DNA of 63,924 nucleotides, filler included, from Choristocarpus tenellus KU-1152 (Eukaryota; Protista; Phaeophyceae): assembly GCA_964200185.2 (NCBI GenBank). It is 11 parts of 11 records of this genome, joined end to end, with 100 filler letters (N's around TTAATTAATTAA, not from the genome) between each part and the next. Parts side by side here need not be neighbours in the genome. Positions count along the whole stretch, not along the records: positions 1 to 4,183 come from CAXNAD020015806.1; positions 4,284 to 10,188 come from CAXNAD020009456.1; positions 10,289 to 19,180 come from CAXNAD020004222.1; 8 more parts are not named here. The stretch is one strand, 5' to 3'. Made by a program: the position numbers and the translations under genes. Numbering within the stretch: the first letter of the stretch is position 1; each line of letters opens with the position of its first letter. Positions 1 through 10,974 of the stretch are shown here, piece by piece. The notes beneath the pieces are model-generated. The model worked only from the letters and a program-made list of their open reading frames with translations, made no database searches and had not been told where the DNA came from.

Positions 1-177
1 TGTGTGCCGCTTCTTTAGGGCATACCCATGGGTGAACAAAATCGGGGTAGGTACTGTATTTCAAATACATTTCTAGGGTTAATCCAACAAATTCACTTAC
101 TTTGTTTTGCTCACGAATTCTGGATTATTATTATTATTATTTACTCATTCCTAATTTGCCATTCCTCTATTCTCTAT

Positions 178-318
178 TCCCCATTTGATGGCCAACCATT
201 GCGAATGCCCTTCGTCAATGATTACCAGCCATCCCCATTTGATGACCAACCAGTGCGAATGCCCTTGGTCACTGATTGCCAGCCATCCCCACATTTGATG
301 ATCAACCAGTGGAAATGT
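178..318 (+). repeat. Tandem repeat, about 54-bp unit, about 2.5 copies
   Basis: TCCCCATTTGATG(G/A)CCAACCA(T/G)TGCGAATGCCCTT...GATT(A/G)CCAGCCA is repeated. Confidence 0.85.
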
Positions 319-1534
319 GGACCTCACATAGTCGAAACCAGAATCAAGACCTCGCTGAAATGAAGTAAGGCGTCGTCGATGGGGTTCGAACCCTAAAAGT
401 TCATCCAGAGAATAGCCTCCTGAACCACTGACCCATCTTTTTACAATGAAAATTAGCTAAATCGGTGGTGGTACGACAAATCAAATTATTTCGATCCATA
501 AATACTAGAAATAGGTATATTTCAAATACATTTCTTGTAGGTTAATCCAACAAAATCACTTATTTTGGGGGAGGCAATAATCGGTCAGTCTATAGTGATG
601 AAGGATAAGGCCTACCTATTTTTGCTTTGTGTTGGGACACACCTTATCCACAAGCCTAAGGACGATACCAACGATCACCATCCCTGGTGCCTAGTTGGCG
701 AGGCTGCTACCAACACGTGTAGCATTTGTCAAGGAGATAGCAGTCAGTCTTGGGGCTTGCCTTTGCTGGGTGACAGAAGTCTCCTAACCCTGCAGTCATG
801 TCGCCCTGCACGCGAGCAACCACGGCCGCTTGCTTATTAGGTAGCATTAGGCTTACCACTGGATTCATAGGTGGGCGCAGTGAGTTAGTTGTCTATTGCA
901 TGCATCCGCATTGATACATAAGGTGGTATAGTTTATTCCTTTGGAATACGAGGTGGTGTAGTTGATCGCACTGGAAGCTAAACTGGAGAGTACGACACAG
1001 AAAATGCAATGAACTTGAAGTCTTTCTTAAGTGTTGGTGAGTTTGACTTCCGCTTGGAGTCCAGGAAGTTTTCTCGGTGGGTAGATTCAGCCCCTTCTAT
1101 TTGAGATATGATCTCGGTCATTTGAACTTGAAACACGAAGTCATTGAAAAGCTGCTTCAAGTTTTCATTCGGACGCCAGTCTTGGCATCTCCGAATCATT
1201 GCCCTCGAGAGGACTAATTGTCCGGGTTAAAATAGCGCTCAATGACCACACTAGCTTGTACGTTAGGTGTTCCTGGCGGTAGCTCCGACTTGGGTTGTCT
1301 CCAGAAGTGTGCTCACGTATTGCCCTTACCTCCCCTGAAAATCACGCGATGCTGTGTGAACGACCTCTATGACCAAACTAGCCGGAAATAAGCTCTCGTA
1401 GTAATCAGCTCAGACAGGTTTTGACTTTACCCCAGGGATTGATGTGCTGTATGAATATCCCTCATGCACTTTTCTGACACCATGCACTTATCTGCTGGTC
1501 TATTTCAACAGGGGGAGCTGGCTGGCTGGCTGGC

Positions 1535-3939
1535 ATGAACGTCCATGCACCTGACATGACCACAGCAAGGTCATCATTTGCAAGGCAATCATCCCGCTCA
1601 TCATTGGCCACGGCAGTGCAGTCCTCACACGGGGCGGGAAGCATGCGGATGGTTGCGACCGAGCCCTCCGTCAAGCCCGTCAGGTGCCCCAACGAAACTA
1701 CGACTACATAGAGCCCACTTCGGAGTGAGCAGTGATGTTTATGACGAATCGCATTCAAATATTGTTAAATAGTAATTGTAATCAATGTGAATAACAGCGC
1801 TCAGTGACCCGGTGAAGAGAAATCGTTGCTTTGCATGAAATCCATGTCCATCAACGCATGATGGACAAATGTGTGTATCATATTTCGCAACCTTATCGAA
1901 TCTCCCTCCCTGGCCCTGCACGCCTCCACCATTCTGTCCACCATCCCTACATATGCAAACCTACATGCCCAATGACGGTAAAGTGTGAGTGTGAACCCTC
2001 GCCTGGCTGAGGTCTTCAATCAGGTTTCGAGCACTCGTAAGGCTGCCTTCATCCCCTACCTCACCGCGGGGTACCCCAAAAAGGAAGACACTGTGGATCT
2101 CTTACTAGGTCTACAGGTATGATGACAAAGGATATGTGAATGGAGAGGTTGCAAGGAGGGGGAGTTGATGTTCTGGACACCAATTACTCCCTGCGAAATT
2201 GTGATAATGTTTTGTTTTTCAATAGTTATTTTTTGTCTCTGCGCTGGAGCCTTGTTTAGGTCATGGGTGCATACCTCTGTGTATTTTGACAGATAAATTG
2301 GTCAGTCTTCCTTCTGAAGCAGATATTTTTCTTGTACTGTAGTTCCTCATCATTAATATTTGGATGACCGAGTCCCGGTTTGGGGAGGACAAGTCCCAAC
2401 AGTGAGTACATTTTGGACTGTAATAAATTTCTTCAAACCAAGACTATATTTCGATTTCACTTTGTGCCCCATTTCAAGCTTGGGATAGGAAATTCAATTC
2501 TGTAGCATTGGAACCAAGAGTATTCCACAAACCTGGGAGGTGGTTGTGCGGTTGCTGACTCGGCAATCATGAAGGGCCCTGTTGGGGATGGTCACAAATG
2601 AGCTTGGTTGGGTTGCACTTTTCTTCTTTGATATATTACACATGTTCTGAAGACTCTACTTTTTTGTGGGATGTTTTTTTGTCCTTGTCGAACTCTTGAA
2701 GTGCCCAGATGCTCTAATATACCCCACAGGCAGTCTATGACCCTATGTGCCCTTACCTTCAAAGACACAGCCTTGCTGGCTCTTTCTTCTTACACCATGT
2801 AGTCAGAGCCGCTTCTTGAAACTTGTTCCCTTTATTACTCTCTCTCTCTCTCTCTCTGCATATGTTGTCCACATTAGTTTCAGTCTACTGCGTCCACAAT
2901 CCATCTCTACCCCAGTAGGATTGCTGTAATGCCATGTCATCATTGCTGGTGCTGGGTACTCCCTCCTTTCCTCTGTAAACAGACGATTTAAAAAATGGGC
3001 TGTAGGTGACGAAATATTTTCCTGTCTGCCTCTCCCATCTAACATCCCTGCTGACATATCATGAGACATATGGAGAGATTCATGGGAACTGTTGGCTATT
3101 ACCTGAGTTATATGTGTCCTAACTGTATCCTCTGATGCTAACAGGAGGGTGGTGCTGATGTGATAGAGCTTGGAGTGCCCTTCACTGATCCTCAGGCGGA
3201 TGGGGCCACCATTCAGGCAACCAACCAGGTTTGGATGAGTTGCTCCCAGGATGCACTCAGGCAGGCGAATGGATTCATGGGGTTTGAAACTATTTTGGAA
3301 TGACTGTTTTCTTTTGTATGTATGAGATGAATGTTCAGGGTTAGGGTTAGGGTTAGTGAAAGAAAAAAAACAAAGGGGGGGGGGGGTGTTTGCTGCGTAG
3401 TAGATGATTTAAACATCTTTCAAATGTGCTCCCTATTCATCTGCCTGCTGTGAAAAAAAAAACTTTATTTGTAGGTAGGTTCAACTTGATCGACACCCTG
3501 AATACATCCGCCGTTTGCTAAGTCTATCCCACCACTAAGTGGCACGTCTGTAGACATCTGTTGGCAATGGTGAGGATGCCCTGTGATGAATACGGACAAA
3601 TCAAGCACGCACGATTGCGATGGCCACCACCGTCAAGTCAAGTCTATTTATTTTTTCCTCGTTTTATTTTTTAATGCCGCCGTCCGTACCCTAACCCTAC
3701 AAAGAAGGGAATAGAGCCAGTTTCTTACTGTTTGTAACGATTCGTCGTCCCGCCTCGCGTGGTACGTGTTCCGTGTAACCAGGTGGCACTCCAGAACAAC
3801 GTGCGTCTGACAGACTGCCTCGACTACGTCAAGGAGGCCAGGGCGAGGGGACTCACAGCCCCCGTGATCCTCATGGGCTACCTCAACCCCTTCCTGGCAT
3901 ACGGTCTGGATGAGCTCATGGTGGACGTTCGGGAGGCTG
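1535..3939 (+). CDS. trpA: Tryptophan synthase alpha domain (5' part of gene, probably plastid-targeted); exons about 1535-1683, 1984-2116, 3145-3228, 3783-3939; truncated by gap
   Basis: Phase-consistent GT-AG exons translate to ...[26 protein letters not shown]...[31 protein letters not shown]...[15 protein letters not shown], the classic TrpA motifs. The upstream exon is Ser/Ala/Arg-rich and ends ...MRMVATEP, like a transit peptide. The true start may lie further upstream. Confidence 0.93.
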
Positions 3940-4183
3940 GTGTGTATGTACGCCATCGCCATCTGCAGCGCCCCCCGGTGTCTGCTGTCTTGGCCTGTGC
4001 TTGCTTGTTATCTGCCCATTGAATTATTATTATTATTATTATTATTATTATCGGAGTGTGCATCTGGAAGAGTAGAAAGAAAATGCCTCTCTGGTACATG
4101 TTAGGTTGCCACATCATGCCATTTTGATTTTTTATTGTAATTGTTTCTGTGCAATGTGATTGGACGAAATGTGCCCCTCTCCC

Positions 4184-4283
4184 NNNNNNNNNNNNNNNNN
4201 NNNNNNNNNNNNNNNNNNNNNNNNNNNTTAATTAATTAANNNNNNNNNNNNNNNNNNNNNNNNNNNNNNNNNNNNNNNNNNNN
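4184..4283. other. Artificial contig spacer N44-TTAATTAATTAA-N44. Identical spacers at 10189-10288, 19181-19280, 27241-27340, 30960-31059, 40430-40529, 43703-43802, 46450-46549, 53773-53872, 61165-61264
   Basis: The same 100-nt structure with a six-frame stop linker occurs ten times, and genes are truncated at it. Confidence 0.98.
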
Positions 4284-4520
4284 CAAATGGACAGCCGCCA
4301 CCCCCCCCCCCTAGATACTTTGAGCCTTTATTTAATGACATTTTCCTACTCCGAAATATTTCGGAATAGGTTAAATGTATACGTTATAAAAATGTGTGTG
4401 CGGAACAAGGATAATGGCACTTCATAACAAAACAATAGCCAAAATTTCATCAAAATCGCCACATTGGACTTTGGCCCCCCCCAGATGGACATGGCTCTAC
4501 CCTCTAAGATACTTTGACTG
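4284..4520 (-). mobile_element. Family B end (4284-4326) abutting the internal part and TIR of a family A copy (4327-4520)
   Basis: C-tract-TAGATACTTTGAGCC is followed by family A internal sequence ending CCCTCTAAGATACTTTGACTG. Confidence 0.8.
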
Positions 4521-4893
4521 CATGCTGGTATTGCTTGTAGTAGTCACTTTGAGGGGACGAAGTTCACAGTTGTGTTTAGGGTGGTGAACATAGTCCTGTA
4601 GCTTGGTCTGGGCACGTGGGGCAAAACAACTGCATATGAGGATGATGAATTTGGTGAGATTATTGCTGATGGGGACATTTTGTTTTTTATACTGTGGGTC
4701 ATTGCGCCTACCACAGGGAAAGCCGAAATCTTGCCAGTATCATTGAAACAATTATATTTTTTGGTAAGAAATATTTTGCCTTGAAGTGAAACTGCTTGGT
4801 CTACAACACATGATCATCCCCACCCCTTGCTTCCACTACTTCTGATGCTGCTTCCCTGTGATTGTGCTTACGCTGCGTGGACAATTCTCTTAG

Positions 4894-5438
4894 ACAAGTA
4901 AGACCACTGTTCGAGGGTGTGATCATTGCCAACAACAGATTTGATGAGATGGAGGACTTTGGTGCAGACGGGTTAGCCAAGGGTACCTACAACGCCGTGG
5001 CTTATGCAAGAGCGTTCCTTGCGAACCCTGATTTACCCAAAAGGTGAATAAAAGGGTCCCATGAAATAGTCTCAATATACCAATTGGTGTACACCAGTTG
5101 CAAGTCTTCTTGTACAGATTAGAGGCACCGTATACAACCCATGTACTACACCTACTGATCCCCCAGTTGATTTGAACGCTGACTTGAGCCTTACTCAAAT
5201 ATGGACTTGATATGGTGTTTTGTTTCAGTGACCTGACAAGTTTGATACTTCCTGCCCCTCACCCGTCACCCTTCCGTTCATCATATCCTCTGCTCTACAC
5301 TATTGTCTTCCATTGCGCTCATTCCTGTGTGTCAACAGGATCGAGACCAAGGCTGATCTCAACAAATGGGACCACACCACCTTCTTTGGTGGGACAGACG
5401 TGGGGTACACTGACTACCCCTTTCTCCCTGAAGCATGA
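4894..5438 (+). CDS. Old yellow enzyme / NADH:flavin oxidoreductase, last two exons (4894-5043, 5339-5438)
   Basis: Spliced product ...GVIIANNRF...[46 protein letters not shown] matches the OYE C-terminal motifs (FLANPDL, GYTDYP). Confidence 0.92.
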
Positions 5439-6019
5439 AAAATCGAAGTTCGAGGTCAAGTGTAATCCCTTGGGTTCCTGCTGACCAATTTTCTCTTGGA
5501 GCACTCTACATAATGCGTGTCACAACTTGTGTATTTTTTTGTTCTTGTATACGGGGTGTGTATGGAGCCTGTTATATGTGTTGCGAAGGTGTATGCAGGG
5601 CATTTTATGGTCTGAAGTGGGAAATACACAGTGAGCATCTCTTGAAGTATGTTGGTGTGAATCATAATCTTTCAGGGTAATTGTCACTACATTTTTTTAC
5701 GTCCCAGTTTGCACCTTGCATTCAAAATTGAAGCGGTCGATACAACATGATAAGGAAAATGCAGGCATTTGCTTCTGTTGTGTACACTCAACTTTGAGGC
5801 AGAGAAACAATGTATGAATTGTCTTGTGTAGGTTTAACTCATATAGCACCTTGTATGTATTTTGGGCAAGTATTGGAGACTTGTTGGATACCTATGATTG
5901 ATATGGTCAAGATTTATCCTAAAATGGCATTGCTATTGGGATGAACCAGCAGTGTAGTGTTGCGACTTCTTTGTTTGCTTCCAAGGACCTGTTTCAATTG
6001 TGGAAATAAAATTGTCCTT

Positions 6020-6900
6020 GTTGAAAGTATGCTACCTGCCCATGCACATAGCTGGCTTTGTACCCACAACCTTGGTGAGCACAATTTAATTTGATTCTGC
6101 TCCATGGTAAAAGAGACCTCTGCATTTCTCTCACTTGATTAGAGTTTGGCAGATGTATCGAAAAATGCAAAATACGGTACAAGGTGGTTGTCTCAAAGAT
6201 TGCAGGGTTGAGACCTCTGGTTTGATTTAGTTGCAGCTTCACCGCTACTCTAGTGGAAGGCCGCAGAGGAATTAACGTGAGTAGGTATGACACGTGCATG
6301 CAGGGACAGTGGGAATCAACCATCTCTGCGAACAAGTGGTGCAGCACGAATACTTTGCCGCCACAGTCACACCTCTTTGGTAAATAGATGCCTCTGGCAT
6401 CTGCTGTAGCATTTGCTTGATCCTCCCTTATGGGAACAAACCATGGTATGCACTGGTGCTGGTGATTTCTGTAACCTGTAGTGCACCTTATGATTGGGCC
6501 TTTTCTTGCTGTACATGGCTTTCTTTTTTAATCTCTCTTTATGTTTTGTTTTCCTTTGTGTCATCTTGACCATGGGAGTTTGTATCGAAGCAAATGAAGA
6601 ACCCATTGGTGACCTTGGCAGGTCTGCTCTTCTGGGAATTAGATACCCTACGTTGTGTTCTCTGCTAGAATTGTGTCTCTATATTCTGGGATACTCAGGC
6701 ATCGTTACTGCCATTTGTACACTTCACCCAAAGTGCAACCTTTATTATTAGAAAGTTGCATGAACTACTTTTTTTCTACTCTGTTTCAAAGGCAAACTCT
6801 TTTTGGTACCTTTGGTGGAATCCTAGGCACGTCAGGTATGTCATGATTCAGATGTTACTGTTTGTCATACTGAAGAGTTCCATACCAGCAATCCAAAGAT
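6020..6900 (-). pseudogene. Decayed ORF with a SWIM-like zinc finger, probably transposon-derived
   Basis: In-frame RCDCGGKVFVLHHLFAEMVDSHCPCMHVSYLL (CxC-xn-CxH), then CAHQGCGYKASYVHG. The flanking frames are broken by stops. Confidence 0.45.
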
Positions 6901-9900
6901 AATTTACAGCTCATGTTTGATGAGTTGGCGTGTTTGAATCTAAGCGAGCACAATTAGAACCAGGAATGGGTCAATCAACATCTCCTGTTTCCTGTTTCAT
7001 ACCTGCCTACGAAGGTCTTGTCCATAGTGACACAACAGCAGCATTGATGTTGCGGGTCACTTCATTCTTCGATGGGATCAGATAAATTGTGCTTATGCTA
7101 CTTCTCTTCTTGTGACTTGACCTTTTCACTTTGTAGTCGAACTCTTCTAATGTTCTCCTGGCCTACTTGGTCTATATTCCACTTTCAGCCTCAGGCGTTG
7201 TTGGACACGGTGCAGTTCTAATGCTGAGCAGGAACTTTCAAACATGACCTCTTTTCAGCACACCCTGTATCGCATACTTTGCCTCACCTCTCTCAAGAAA
7301 GAGTCCTCTGTTGACAAATGATGGAGACCTGGGTGTTCCGAAGCATGGTGATCAGCAAATGCTTGAAGGTGGTCTTTACCAAAGCCACCATCTCTCTCCA
7401 TCATGGGAAACCCTGGGGTTTGAATGTTGATATTGCATCAAGAAGCTGAACCTTGCCAGACCAATTTTGGAGTCCTTGCAAAGAACACCGCCTTCTTAAA
7501 CGCTCTTTCCATTTGTTGCCTTGAATTCACATCGATGATGGAGATGGTAACATCAATATTGTAGTTGTACTTGCTTCCCAAACACATGATAAGATGTGTA
7601 GCACGTTACCAAAATACAATCCGCCCTTCAGTTGTGGGTAGTGGCGCCCACCAGATATGAGCAGGGTGATATTGCCCCCAGCCTATAGCCTCACCACTTG
7701 CCACGGTTACTTTTCCGTCAATATAGTATGAATGGCCATTGATGGATGCTGGGTGCTGGTACTGGTACAGGGTACTGGTGGTGGCCACTTACTACATGGG
7801 ACCTCCACCCACCAACCAACTTCTTTGTGCGGTCGATTTCTTACGAGAAAAGGCGAAGGGAAAAATTGTGTGGGAGGCACAATTATTTATTCTGTTGGTC
7901 ACATTGCCACAGAAACCTCCAATTTCAATTGGTGGTGTAAATCTGCGATTTAATCGTGAGTTGAAGATTTTTGGGGGTGTAATTTATGGTACTCTAATCT
8001 CTACAACTTACACCTTTCAATACCAGCGCTCATCCTCGCGCTTAGACTTTTGCACGGTTGCGCATACATGTAAAATGTCTTTGAAAATAGCAACTTACTA
8101 ACACCATCTCTTTGAGTCCTTCTCATGTACTTACTGTTCCAAATTTAAAGATTCCTGCCCTTACGAACCTAGCCTCTATAAAGTTAGCTTTCCTCTTTTC
8201 GACTTGTATTGTTGTGCATCTCTACATCATAGATAATACATTTCTATACCCTACACCTCGCCGTACTACTTGACCTCGTTATGAGTAAGGCCCCTCATCG
8301 TTGCAAGTAGGCTCACCTAGTCAGTCGTGCATACTTGTCTTTGAAAAAATATCCTAAAAATAATTAAAAACCTTGTCAGCATCGGGTATATGTGTAGGTG
8401 CTTTGTCATTTCTCATGGATGCAGAGTGTAACACCAAGAATCTTGATCGTCCATTAATCTCGTTCGTATGTGTCAGCACCTGCTCTATAGACCTGTTTTT
8501 CCTCTATGGAAGTTGTGTGAAGTATGAGTCCTATTGATCAACTGAAGTTCAAAATTTATCAGGGGCAAGTAAAAAATAAATGCGTTTCACTGTATTTCAA
8601 CTCAACGTAACAAAAACGAATAAAAAACAGAAACTCCTCTACTCCCAAGAGTTCGTCCAAGATCCTCTGGCAATACAGAGGAGTCAGACGGTAGTAAGTA
8701 CTTCGGCTGACCCGCCCTAGTCTTGGAAGCAATGTGTATGGAGCGAGGATGCGAGATAGAAGACATACTGTGCTACTACTGTATCAGGTATGCATAGTGA
8801 AGTTCATATGTCAGATTTTGACGCAATACCTTCTCTTCAACAAAATAAGCTCTCCTCACGCACAAAGATGCAAGGAATCTCACCACGCCCCCTCATCTTT
8901 TCCCATGTCCGACACGCACCAATTGAGGGGCCCTGCCCCTCACAGATGTGCCAATTTATTATGCCCTCTGACATTTTGTAGACGATGTGTCTGGGTGGGG
9001 AAAACTAAGACCGAAACCATATGACTAGGACAACTGCAGAGTCAAACCAATTGAGTGGTAGGCAAGTTTGGACCCTTTTGCATTCCAAGTCATGTTTCTC
9101 AACCTGTGAAATACACTGTGTTTCATTAGTTTATGTGCACAATAGTGTACGCAAAATCGATATTCCCCCTTTCCACACACAAGGTGAAACCACAATCCAT
9201 GTAAATAATTGTGTAAAAGGACATATTTTTGCTTTTCTAGGGATCTTTAAGTTGCAACCCTGCCTACCTCTCATTGGTTTGGCTCTCTAGGCACAACAGT
9301 TGCCATCAATGCTAATGCTAGGATGCCCCCACAAAATATGTACCATTTGAAAACTAACGATTCGACGATGTCCTCTGAGAGATGTGGTGAATTAGAAAAT
9401 TCCATTATACTAGTACTTTGCGGCATCCCACAACACTCTTTAGGCTGGTGATTACTCAAATCTAGAAATTGTTAATCTGGAGTTTTAGGGATAGAACTCG
9501 TTTGCCTCTCTCCTCAATGAGTTTCTGTAAAAACTTTTATTTTTGGAATTGGCCTGAAAAATTATATGACATTTTTGGGGGGAGATAAAATATACATCTG
9601 ACAAAGGAGTAGGTAATTATTGAATCAACAGCCTTTAAAGGTTTCACTGCTAGATCGATCTACTGTCTCCCCCACCAAACTCATAAACACAGTTACCGCC
9701 TCCAACTTCTTTCCGTGTGCCCCGATCCTCCAACTGATCTTGGAGCATAGTCTCACTAACCCCACTCATCGACATATGGAACAAGTTTCCAACTCCATTT
9801 TCCTGCCTCCAAATATATGCCCTCATGCCCATTCTCTGGAATAGTAAAAAGACAAGTAAAAAAGAGGTGAGATGGGATATGGGGAAGAACTAAAAATGGT

Positions 9901-10118
9901 AACTGACGCAACATGGGTAGTGACCTTGGGTGTGTATGATGTAAAAGCCAATATAACACATTGAAGGACATTTATTGCATACTTGTGAAGTATATGACAC
10001 AGGTGACAGGTGACCTCTCTTCCATTCCTCCTAAAACGCTTCCAATTTCTGCTTTACGTTTTTATTCCATCTGCTTACCTATCACTTAATTGTCGACATA
10101 CATTGTGGGTGAACATCA

Positions 10119-10341
10119 GAGCCAAAGTATCTTAGAGGGTAGAGCCGCGTCCATTTGGGGATCAAAATACAATGTTGTGATTTTGATGNNNNNNNNNNNN
10201 NNNNNNNNNNNNNNNNNNNNNNNNNNNNNNNNTTAATTAATTAANNNNNNNNNNNNNNNNNNNNNNNNNNNNNNNNNNNNNNNNNNNNAATGGACACCCG
10301 GGTTTCGCCCCCCCCCCCCCCCCCCCCAGATACTTTGAGCC
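10119..10341. mobile_element. Family A start (10119-10188) and family B end (10289-10341) on either side of a spacer
   Basis: GAGCCAAAGTATCTTAGAGGGTAGAGCCGCG on the left; C-tract-CAGATACTTTGAGCC on the right. Confidence 0.8.
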
Positions 10342-10974
10342 TTAGAAAGTTGTCAGTGGATATGACAAAAACTTCAATATCCAACCTTGAACTCCAAAAG
10401 AAATCATGGCAATCGAGGAACACTTGATGTATCTCTAGCCCAGACGGTCTCAATCATTTTGTGTCACTGGGGAGGCAATCAAGAGGGGTGGATGGCATGG
10501 AGCATTCACCACCTCTGTATATTACAAGAAAAGCTCACGTCAATCGATACTTGGAGACCTTGTACGTCACATATTGCATGGTTTACAGGTGCATGTATGT
10601 ACCACCCACAACGAGCCACAGCAAATCATGACACCTAGGGACCGTACTTTCACATGATTCTAGTGGCCAACATTGGAATAATCAAGCCTAGGAATTAATG
10701 TACAACCGTACTTTGAATTGTATAGTAGACAATTTGGACTGCAGTTCATCCGAGATATTTTCGGCTTTGTGTTGCAGACAACCGCTCATGCCACACACAA
10801 GCTATTTCTATTGGTCCAGGAATTGTTTTAAAGAATACGATAGCTACTTCCTCAATACATTTTTCATGAAGATGTTGGCGTGATTTCTTCCCTTTCTCCA
10901 CCGATATAGTTCCTGATTCGAATCATATGGACTGAGGCTGTAATGAGAGAAGTAAATATAATTCCAAATCTTAC

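Noticed and set aside
372-436. Functional tRNA gene
   Set aside because: A B-box is present, but no convincing acceptor or anticodon stems could be folded. It is kept only as a SINE-like head.
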